A DNA stretch of 64,000 bases from Haliotis cracherodii (Eukaryota). Shown here piece after piece: positions 26,101-36,830 of the stretch. The position numbers and the translations under genes were made by a program. Location of the stretch: assembly GCF_022045235.1 (NCBI RefSeq), contig NW_027266277.1:5456001-5520000 (forward strand), given 5' to 3'. The notes beneath the pieces are model-generated. The model was not told the DNA's origin, ran no database searches, and saw nothing but the letters and a program-made list of their open reading frames with translations. Positions within the stretch are counted from its first letter, which is position 1; every line of letters starts with the position of its first letter.

Positions 26101-26326
26101 AAGGGTGATGTCAGTAACTGCCTCACTCACCCTCATGTTCATTAATTCATGCTCACATTGTCTCTCTATTCTCAGGGCCTCACTCACTCCTCATGTTCAT
26201 TAAGTCATGCTCACATTGTCTCTCTATTCCCAGGGCTCAATTCTTCAGGATTTTTGGACAGCTTTATGTTGTGAACCGTGTGCAGTATGCCAGATGACGA
26301 GGGAGCTTGATGACGTCGGACTATGA
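23146..26326 (+). CDS. PLAC8-family / cornifelin-like cysteine-rich protein, about 160 aa, 4 exons
   Basis: Exons 23146-23152 (ATG CCA G; least certain), 24439-24684, 25234-25370 and 26234-26326, all GT-AG, 483 nt in frame. Protein: ...VTSQP...REWTSGLCQC..NCCMMSCCW..IATRVGE..ALRVKVRTLFSIKGSILQDFWTALCCEPCAVCQMTRELDDVGL*, matching the PLAC8 signature (WxxGLcxC, GE, R..IxGS..D, CCxPCaxCQmxREL). Confidence 0.88.
25081..25200 (+). mobile_element. Degenerate tRNA-derived SINE (HaSE1-like) in PLAC8 intron
   Basis: GGGCGG..CCGAGTGGTT..GAAGACCTGGGTTGGATTCCC..GCGACGTAAAC resembles the copy at 40476-40646. Confidence 0.55.
25754..25996 (-). mobile_element. SINE (HaSE3-like) with 9-bp TSD
   Basis: TSD TCAAGCTTT at 25745-25753 and 25997-26005. 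The minus-strand head is ACCCGTGAAGATCCGGG; homologous to 30033-30291. Confidence 0.8.
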
Positions 26327-28096
26327 CGTCATCAACTAAGCATCCAATGAAAGTGTTTTTTTAAGATCATTCAATCACTTGTAAAGTATGCAATGCCAGC
26401 ATGGAGCTTTCTGAAAGAAGTTTGTACAGGGACTAACGCCAAGGGCACATATATGCCTGTTGCTGGCTTGGTACTTCCACTGAGGCTATGCGAGAGACTA
26501 ACACCAGCGAGCGTCAAAATGTCGACAAGAAGACGACAGTACTCGAGAAATCCGTAATTCAACAGTGTCCGTCAATATCACCGCATAGTTGGAGAGTAGT
26601 TATGTAAGCTCGCTCTCTCTCAAGAACATGTGACATTTTACTTCCATTTGCATTGTACATTCATTGTTAAAGATATACAAATGTGACGTTTGAAACATAC
26701 TTCACCCTATAGAAAATTTAGAACCGTCACGTCATGACTTCCACTTGTTCAATGGCATCAACGGCGCATCTGACTTCTTAAATAGATCAAGCAGAAACAG
26801 AACTTGCTTAATTACCTTCGAATGAGATAACTAAAAAAAGACCTGTGTGAGTGTCAGTAAGTTCGGCTAATGCTATGAAAGCAGCTCAGAGTTTTGCTTA
26901 TCTTGTATGAGTGGTCAAACTACGCTTGGTCTTTTACGGTTTCGAATAATTCGGGGACAGTTGATGACGCGTTAAGACATAATCAGCGTCCGTGTCACCG
27001 ATACCGCACATTACCGCTGTCATCTGACGAATGTAGCTATGGAACAGTTGTACGAGGAACAGTTTTCCACGCTACATTTACACTGTCAGTATTTGTTCCG
27101 GGTGGAACTACTTCCACATGGAACTGATGATCGTTGACAGCTGCACCATGGAAGCTGTACGCATCGTCAGACTCGCCTCCTTTTGTCATTGCTTCAAGTA
27201 GACATTATAAATATTAAATGATTGTAATCAATTACTATATGCAAATTTCAAACAATTAGCTCAATTTAAAACGTCATTCCCCATATTATTCGATGTTATT
27301 ATTTATTGTACAAGATCTCTTCAGTGTCTGTAGACAAAATTTAGATAATAAATATACACTTTTCAAATAAAGTGTGAAACAAATCAAGTATTGTCTGTTT
27401 TGTTAAACATATTCCATGCTGGGATCGTGAGTAACTTCCTGTACATTGTGTTCGCTGTGATGTCAGCAACGCAAGCTGCGTATATAAGTATCCATCAGCT
27501 TTCCGCCTAACCATGAGATTAAACTAGTCACATTCGATTGCTGTACAGTTATGTTTGTGTCAATTATATTAAGAAGATGGCTTTAAGGTTCGAAAATCAT
27601 AGGGAAGGGAAGTAACTCCTTTGAGTCTGAGGCAGTTGAAGTCAGCAGCCATATAATGAGATATGTTGAGAAATGAAAAGTCGTCGGACCGCGTTCTGTT
27701 TTGTAAACATCATAGGGGACCACGTACGGGGTTGGCTGAATGGACCTGAGCCGAAGGATGTCTGGTACACCTTTTACAGCTCATATGTGTTATAAGTACA
27801 GTTTTCTCCATGTTTACGTGCTGCATTTCAATCAAATACACAACTAGGCAGTATATTTCAGCAGGCTTCACAATTACTAGGTATTTTCTATTGATGATAG
27901 GCACACAGTTTTCAGCAGAAGTACCAGAATTAGTGAGTCATTACTGTTATTTCCATCACTGCTTGGTATGAGTTCGTTTATTGTTATTTCTTCGCGATCA
28001 GTTTTCTCCTCACTGAATAGCCTTCTATAACTGTTTCTTAATTTGCAATATTGAGATAATTCGTTAATATCCCCACTTCTCGTTAAATTGTTCACA

Positions 28097-29170
28097 TGCC
28101 TCGTCACACCATACAGCTTGATCATCCTGTGTAGCATTGCAATGCTTAACTTGTAGGCCACTTGCCTCGTCACACCATACAGCTTGGTCATACCGTGTAG
28201 CATTGCAATGCTTAACTTGTAGGACACTTGCCTTGTCACACCATACAGCTTGGTCATACCGTGTAGCATTGCAATGCTTAACTTATGGGCCACTTGCCTC
28301 GTCACACCATACAGCTTGTTCATCCCGTGTAGCATTGCAATGCTTAACTTATAGGCCACTTGCCTCGTCACACCATACAGCTTGGTCATACCGTGTAGCA
28401 TTGCAATGCTTAACTTATGGGCCACTTGCCTCGTCACACCATACAGCTTGTTCATCTCGTGTAGCATTGCAATGCTTAACTTGTAGGCCACTTGCCTCGT
28501 CACACCATACAGCTTGGTCATCCCTTGTAGCATTGCAATGCTTAACTTGGAGGCCACTTGCCTCGTCACACCATACAGCTTGGTCATCCCGTGTAGCATT
28601 GCAATGCTTAACTTATAGGCCACTTGCCTCGTCACACCATACAGCTTGGTCATCCCGTGTAGCATTGCAATGCTTAACTTATAGGCCACTTGCCTCGTCA
28701 CACCATACAGCTTGTTCATCCCGTGTAGCATTGCAATGCTTAACTTATAGGCCACTTGCCTCGTCACACCATACAGCTTGGTCATCCCGTGTAGCATTGC
28801 AATGATTAACTTGTAGGCCACTTGCCTCGTCACACCATACAGCTTGGTCATCCCGTGTAGCATTGCAATGCTTAACTTGTAGGCCACTTGCCTCGTCACA
28901 CCATACAGCTTGGTCATCCCGTGTAGCATTGCAATGCTTAACTTATAGGCCACTTGCCTCGTCACACCATACAGCTTGGTCATACCGTGTAGCATTGCAA
29001 TGCTTAACTTATAGGCCACTTGCCTCGTCACACCATACAGCTTGTTCATCCCGTGTAGCATTGCAATGCTTAACTTATAGGCCACTTGCCTCGTCACACC
29101 ATACAGCTTGGTCATCCCGTGTAGCATTGCAATGATTAACTTGTAGACCGCATGCATCGTCACACCATAC
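28097..29170. repeat. 66-bp minisatellite (about 16 units) with an internal 14-bp palindrome
   Basis: Unit TGCCTCGTCACACCATACAGCTTGGTCATCCCGTGTAGCATTGCAATGCTTAACTTATAGGCCACT contains AGCATTGCAATGCT. Confidence 0.96.
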
Positions 29171-29269
29171 AGCCACATGCCGAAGCGCAGGTTTGTAATG
29201 TCTCGGTAATTGACAGCGAGATCGACGTTCGCTGTCAACAACTGAGAACACTGATCAAGGCTAAAGGCA

Positions 29270-29560
29270 GACAGCAAATCAAACATCTCAGCATTGAAAA
29301 TAACACTAATGTGATTTTTCCATCTAAATCTTGGTATGTTCATGTCTCTTCTTTGCGGTCCTTATTTACATTTCTGTCAACACTGTTTAACACTTTTTGG
29401 AAATTGTATCAAAACCATGCACATTATTAATACAAAATAAAGTCAACCACACTTGTACCATTTTCCTTAACACGTGTAATGTACCTTCCATATCTCCAGG
29501 GAATCTACCATATAGCATTTGAATTTACAGCATAAGACTATGCGGTCCTTCATGTAGTCA
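29270..29560 (-). mobile_element. LINE ORF2 endonuclease C-terminal remnant
   Basis: Minus-strand MLYGRFPGDMEG..ENGTSVVDFIL..PRFRWK resembles the end of the APE endonuclease (NGR..SVVDY) of L2-group LINEs; frameshifted. Confidence 0.5.
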
Positions 29561-30032
29561 TTCCATACATCACCTCAAGAAATGTACAAGTGTTATAGTT
29601 CATATTTCCAAACCTGAAATAAATCTATTGTTATCGTTCAAACTATAATCATAAGCGCCAATGATGAGCGCACTCCGACTGCCACGCCTCCTCTGCAGTT
29701 AAAATATCCGGGACTCGAATAAATGGAGATACCCGGGAATGCAGACTCAATGTTCCCATTTCGAACAGCTGCTTATGATTTCGTGAGGTCCACAAAATGT
29801 CAAAACAATGGCAAATAATAAATCCATTATCAGGTGTCAATGCTTGGATTGCATCGAATCCGGGTCACCTTTCGGATTTTTGGGGTCTGTACTTGTCAGC
29901 TGTAGCTGATGCTCTTCACCTGATTTGTCTTTTGGTACAGGGCTGGACTCCACCCCAGCTCGCAACAACAAGAATACGATAAATACCGTGATACGTGTAG
30001 CCATGTAGACATGGCAGCCCTCTGACTTATTT

Positions 30033-30291
30033 TTTTTGTTTGTTTGATGTTTAACTTCACACTCCAACTATATGACAGCGGTCTGTAAATAATCCAGTCT
30101 GGACCAGACAATCCAGTGATTGATATTATGAGCATGATCTACGCAAACTGGGATACCATGGTGTGCATCAACCATGTCAGCTAGCCTGACCACTCGATCC
30201 CTTTAGTCGCCTATAATGACAAGCATAGTCGCCTATTACGGCAAGCATGGGGTGCTGAAGACCTATTGCAACCCGGATCTTCACGGGTCCC
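30033..30291 (-). mobile_element. SINE (HaSE3-like) with 9-bp TSD
   Basis: TSD GACTTATTT at 30024-30032 and 30292-30300; (TTTG)n tail; same family as 25754. Confidence 0.8.
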
Positions 30292-30534
30292 GACTTATTT
30301 GACACAATTCCACCACTAGTGCTGTAAAGCTGCAAAACACCCAAGCTTTGCACGAAACTGTTCCGTGCAATTCCCACTGCACATTCGTTTGAAAGATAAT
30401 ACTTTAAACGTGTTAGGTGGGAAATCCACGGAATTACATACCATGTCACCTCATCAATGGGAAGATATGATAATGGACGATCGATGACTTACCACACGTC
30501 ACATAGCCAACACAGCATGTATCTCTCGAAGAGT

Positions 30535-32129
30535 GGCTGGATATGACGCGAGGTATATGACGTCAGTAGAACTACTGGGTTTGACGCTCAGTATATAACG
30601 TCAGTAGAACTGCTGGGTATGACGATCAGTATATAACGTCAGTAGAACTGCTGGGTATGACGCTCAGTATATAACGTCAGTAGAACTACTGGGTATGACG
30701 CTCAGTATATGACGTCAGTAGAACTGCTGGGTATGATGCTCAGTATATAACGTCAGTAGAACTGCTGGGTATGATGCTCAGTATATAACGTCAGTAGAAC
30801 TGATGGGTATGACGCTCAGTATATAACGTCAGTAGAACTGCTGGGTATGACGCTCAGTATATGACGTCAGTAGAACTGCTGGGTATGACACTCAGTATAT
30901 AACGTCAGTAGAACTGCTGGGTATGACGCTCAGTATATGACGTTAGTAGAACCACTGGGTATGACGCTCAATATATAACGTCAGTAGAACTGCTGGGTAT
31001 GACGCTCAGTATATAACGTCAGTAAAACTGCTGGGTATGACGATCAGTAGAACTGCTGGGTATGACGTTCAGTATATAACGTCAGTAGAACTACTGGGTA
31101 TGACGCTCAGTATATAACGACAGTAGAACTACTGGGTATGACGCTCAGTATATAACGTCAGTAGAACTACTGGGTATGACGCTCAGTATATGACGTCAGT
31201 AGAACTGCTGGGTATGATGCTCAGTATATAACGTCAGTAGAACTGATGGGTATGATGCTCAGTATATAACGTCAGTAGAACTGCTGGGTATGACGCTCAG
31301 TATATAACGTCAGTAGAACTGCTGGGTATGACGCTCAGTATATGACGTCAGTAGAACTGCTGGGTATGACGCTCAGTATATAACGTGAGTAGAACTGCTG
31401 GGTATGACGCTCAGTATATGACGTCAGTAGAACTGCTGGGTATGACGCTCAATATATAACGTCAGTAGAACTCCTGGGTATGACGCTCAGTATATAACGT
31501 CAGTAGAACTACTGGGTATGACGCTCAGTATATAACGTCAGTAGAACTGCTGGGTATGACGATCAGTATATAACGTCAGTAGAAGAGCTGGGTATGACGA
31601 TCAGTAGAACTGCTGGGTATGACGTTCAGTATATAACGTCAGTAGAAGAGCTGGGTATGACGATCAGTAGAACTGCTGGGTATGACGATCAGTATATAAC
31701 GTCAGTAGAAGAGCTGGGTATGACGATCAGTAGAACTACTGGGTATGACGCTCAGTATATAACGTCAGTAGAACTGCTGGGTATGACGTTCAGTATATAA
31801 CGTCAGTAGAACTACTGGGTATGACGCTCAGTATATAACGTCAGTAGAACTACTGGGTATGACGCTCAGTATATAACGTCAGTAGGACTGCTGGGTATGA
31901 CGTTCAGTATATAACGTCAGTAGAACTACTGGGTATGACGCTCAGTATATAACGACAGTAGAACTACTGGGTATGACGCTCAGTATATAACGTCAGTAGA
32001 ACTGCTGGGTATGACGTTCAGTATATAACGTCAGTAGAACTACTGGGTATGACGCTCAGTATATAACGTCAGTAGAACTACTGGGTATGACGCTCAGTAT
32101 ATAACGTCAGTAGAACTGCTGGGTATGAC
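30535..32129. repeat. 38-bp minisatellite (about 42 units, homogeneous) with CRE and half-CRE motifs, upstream of CES-C
   Basis: Unit GTATAT(A/G)ACGTCAGTAGAACT(G/A)CTGGGTATGACGCTCA, period 38 (30591, 30629). Confidence 0.96.
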
Positions 32130-32663
32130 ACAAGGCATGTGACGTCCGTAGAACGACTGGTTGAGGCGTCACATTTAAAACACCGGGAGGGCAGCCAACC
32201 CCAACCGGTATCAATCGACAGGCTGTGTTTATGATAAAGATAACGATAAAAAGGTCAATATTTACTAATACTTTGGACTTCAGGCTGGAAAGGACGCTCC
32301 GCCCACCATGTGTCCAGAGACGATATCTCACGTACACTTCCTGCCAGATTACAAGTCACCTGACTCTCCCGTATACACACGCATGGTACACACCACCCAC
32401 GCACGCATGATACAGGGCCGTGAGAGTAGATTGTGCGGACTGTGTACAGTGCGAGCATAGGTCATTATATGAATACAAGTTTCACATCTAAATCCCTGCA
32501 ACACCTTACTCTCGTATACGTTACATTATAAATTTTCCGAACAGTGATTACAGAAAACGACATTTCGCAATAGTCAAGATCAGGGTCAAGAAGCACAGGC
32601 GAGGAGCGACGGGATAGTAACTGATGAAAGTCAGTTTGTTGTTCGATGTACCAAACTTTTCAT

Positions 32664-34742
32664 ATGGATCAGCTGATTATTGTGGCCTTGTTGATCCTCC
32701 CTGTGATGGGGAGGGAGGCACCAGTGATAAATGCAACCTGGGGACGTATACAGGGCGTCACGAGAACCAGTAGAGACGGACTACCTTACTTTGGCTACTA
32801 CGGAATCCCGTACGCGACACCTCCAGTGGGAGATTTCAGATTCAGAAAACCCAAAGCACATCCAGGAGTTTCTGACATATTTAATGCTTCCAGCTATGGA
32901 CTGCCATGTCTTCAGCAATCACCAATGCTCCCTCTGAACATCTCCTTTCCAGCCATGAGTGAAGACTGTCTCACCCTGAATGTGTTTCTGCCCAACACAA
33001 CTGAGGTATCGTCCAGCGTGCCTGTGATGGTCTGGATCCACGGGGGAGGGTTTGTGTATGGAGCTGCTTCTTTGTACGAGCCTTGGCAATTGGTGACAAA
33101 AGGTGACGTCATCGTCGTCACCATCCAGTACAGGCTGGGGATATTCGGATTTTTCAGTACCGAAAATGACGTCGCACCTGGTAACTACGGATTATGGGAT
33201 CAGCACCTGGCACTCCAGTGGGTCAAGGACAATATTGAAGCGTTTGGTGGTGACAGTAGCAACATCACCATCATTGGAGAATCTGCAGGGGCGGCGAGTG
33301 TCGCGTATCACGTGCTGTACCCTGAGTCAAAGGGGTTGTTCCAGAGGGCAGTTCTACAGAGTGGAGCTGCCACGTCTCTCTGGGCGATCAACAGACATGT
33401 CAGATTTCAAGCGTCGTATATGGGATACATCTTAGGGTGTGATAAAATAAGTAACCAACGAGCAATGGTAGACTGTATGAGGAAGAACGATAGTGCGTCA
33501 ATTTTAGGTTATTCCTACTTTGGAGGGACACCAGCCTACGAACTAATGCAGTACACGTGGGTCCCGACCATTGATGGAACCTTTGTCAAAGACGATCCAC
33601 AGGTATTAATGAGAGACATCACTTTCTTAAATACCACATGTATCAAGGACATCGACGTAATGGTAGGGGCTAACAACAACGAAGGGGGACTTCTGCTGAC
33701 GACAGCTCTAGCATTCGACAAGGCGTATGGCTACACATACGCAACCGATATCTTCAAGCAGAAGGAGTTTGATACAGATATTCTTCCAACAGTTACATCA
33801 TTGGCATTAGCAGCTTTCCCTCCATCCATCAATGATATCGTCAGTGTGGAGTACACATACCCGCGACCACCATCTGACGAGCCCCTGCCTCAACAACAAG
33901 TGCTTTCAACCTACGGTGACCCCAGCTTTCTGATACCGGGACTGCTCTTTGCCAGGACGCACGCATCGTTAAACACCAACAGGAGTTGTTATTTCTACCT
34001 GTTTAATCACTACCCATCTTTCGCCAGAGAGAGCCCTGTGAAAGGTATGAGCCATGGAACGGACACCTTGTATCTGTTTGACCTGGACCCGTCCACAGTC
34101 AAGATACTTGGCTACACAGGGAACCTGACGTCAGAGGAGTATGAGCTGGCAGAAACATTTGTCTCTTTCATTGCTGACTTTGCCAAGACAGGGTACGTAA
34201 CTGGTCTTAAGTAAAACATGATCCTTTTTGCACCATGACAATGGAATAACAAATGACCTTGTACTTATGCATACCCCAATATTGTTACATTCCCTCAATT
34301 GCGAGGAATGAACAGTCCTTTATTCATCTGTATTTCAAAGTATTGACTTTATTTTCACAGTGACCCCAGTCCTACCTTTGAAGAAAAACTTGGGCAGGCA
34401 TGGCCCGAGTACAAGATGTACGACCAGCGTTATCTGTCCTTCACAACAAACATGTCACTAGGTGACCACGTGTACCCCAGGCGAGTGACCCTGTGGCTGG
34501 ACATCATCCCGAACCTCGTGAACATCCCGACTACATCTACAGCTTCCACGTCATCTACATCCACTACAACAACATCTACATCTGCCCCTACATGGTTCGG
34601 GCTAGACCCTCACACGGCCGAAGTGACTATCCTGGCCCTCATCGTAACTCTGTGTGTCGTCGGCATGTTGCTGGTTACATTAGCAGTGTGCTGCTGTTTG
34701 AAGCGGAGGAAACACGGAGTGGAAGGATATGCACTAACATGA
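32664..34742 (+). CDS. Type-I membrane-anchored type-B carboxylesterase (CES-C), about 636 aa
   Basis: Exon 1 is 32664-34192 and exon 2 is 34361-34742 (1911 nt). Signal peptide MDQLIIVALLILPVMG; WIHGGGF, GESAG, NNNEG, SHGTD; Ser/Thr stalk; TM VTILALIVTLCVVGMLLVTLAVCCCL; KRRK and a short tail. Confidence 0.93.
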
Positions 34743-35354
34743 GACCAACAGATCTCAGGGGTATTTACAGCTTTGTGTCAAGTTTAGATCATGAGGCCGA
34801 TAATCAGTTGACGATCATGCTTATAATAATATTACTGGACTACATTCAACGAGATGGTGGGATTGTAGCAACTTGATAATTCATTCTGTCAAGCATATAA
34901 AGGAAATACAATAAATCTAGCGTGTTTTTCATCAACCAACAAAAGACGTCATTATATCAACTCTAATTTGGCCAATAACATTGATGTAAAGTGTTCCTGG
35001 TCGACGTGTCAATAATAAATAGCGACAATGTTGTTTCTTTTGGGGAGGGTTCCCAAACAGTCAGAATTAGACATCAGTATGCAGTCAAGTCGTGCCCCTG
35101 GAACATGTACAGGCTATTTTACAGGCAATGACGCTGGTCCTGGGGAAGGAATGGGGCGAGGCACACAGAGCCGTCCTAGATATATAAATGTTCATTGTCT
35201 CACCTCGTGCCAGATTCGTTCACTGCTCTATATAACAGCATCCGCTTATGTTACACAGTAACAGCTGTACCTATGGCATCTCTCGGCAAGTTTTACAATA
35301 TTAGCAAAGGTACACCAAAATGAACTTCACACACTGTAGGGTACCCCATGCACT

Positions 35355-36385
35355 GAACGCTAGGTATATGACGTCAGTTGAATTCCTGGGCATGGCGCTA
35401 GGTATATGACGTCAGTAGAACACCTGGGCATGACGCTAGGTACATGACGTCACTAGAACTCCTGGACACGACGCTCGGTACATGACGTCAGTTGAACTCC
35501 TGGTTATGATGCTTTGTATGTGACGCTACGTGTACGAAGTCGGCAGAACTAATGGAGATGACGTCAATAGACCCCCTGAGCATATCGCTAGTTACATGGC
35601 GCCTTAGGAGAACTCCTGGGTAAGACGCTAGGTATATGACATCAGTAGAGCTGATGGGCATGGATCTAGGAATATGACGTCAGGAGAACTGATGGGCATG
35701 ACGCTAGTTATATGACGTCAGTTGAGCTGCTGGGTATGAAGCCAGGTATATGACGTCAGCAGAACCAGTTAGTATAACAGTAGATATATGACGCCAGGAG
35801 AACTACTAGATATGGCGCTAGGTATATGACGACAGGAAAACTGATGGGTATAATGCTAGGCATATGACGTCAGGTGAGCTCCTGGGCATGACGCTAGATA
35901 TATGCCGTCAGGAAAACTGCTGGATATGAGGCTCGGTATATGACGTCAGGAGAACTACTGAGCATGATGCTGGGTATATGACGTCTGGAAAACTGCCGGT
36001 TATGAGGCTGGGTATATTACGCTAGGACAACTTTTGTGTTTGAGGCTTGGTATATGACTTCAAGACGACTGCTGGGTATGAGGCTCGGTATATGACGTCA
36101 GGACAGCTTCTGGGTATGACGCTGGGTATATGACGCAAGGAAAACTGCTGGGTAGGAGGCTTGGTATATGACGTCAGGAGAACCGCTGGGTATATGACGT
36201 CAGGACAGCTAATGGGTATGAGGCTTGGTATATTACTCTAGGACAACTGCTGGTTCTGAGTATGGTTCTATGTATATTACGTCAGGACAACTGCTGGGTA
36301 TGAGACTCGGTATATTACGTCAGGAGAACTGCTGGGTATGGCTCTAGGTATATGGCGTCAGGAGAACTGCTGGGTATGCGCTAGG
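35355..36385. repeat. Degenerate 38-bp minisatellite (same family as 30535-32129), upstream of CES-D
   Basis: Unit approximately CGCTAGGTATATGACGTCAG(T/G)AGAACTGCTGGGTATGA, period 38. Counted 13 perfect TGACGTCA. Confidence 0.9.
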
Positions 36386-36830
36386 CTTGTACTGCTTGTA
36401 TGTGTACAGGCTGTGTTTCTTAATCCGGAAACAGATAAAGGCTGGTCAATAAAGGACCATCCCCGCACACCGTGTGTCAAGAGACGATGTCACGTACAAG
36501 CACCTCTAAGATTACAGGTCACGTGACTTTATTCACATACAAGACAAACACCAACCACACCGTGTATAATACAGTGCCGCATTCACAGTGTAGATTGACG
36601 TGGCTGTGTTCAGTACCAGTATAGCTCATGATATGAAAGTAAGGTACACATCTAAATCCCCGGAACGCCTCACTCCCGCATCCGTTATCAGTTTGTGTGA
36701 ACAGTGAGTACAGAAAGCGACGAAATGTCGTAATGAACAGTAAACATCTGGGTCAAGAAGCACAGGCGAGGAGCGACGAGGAAGGTTACTGATAAATCCC
36801 AGTTTATTGTTCGATGTAGCGGATGATCAA

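Noticed and set aside
30535-32129. CRISPR-like appearance of the 38-bp, 25-bp and 66-bp arrays
   Set aside because: The units are head-to-tail with no unique spacers, there are no cas genes, and the context is eukaryotic.
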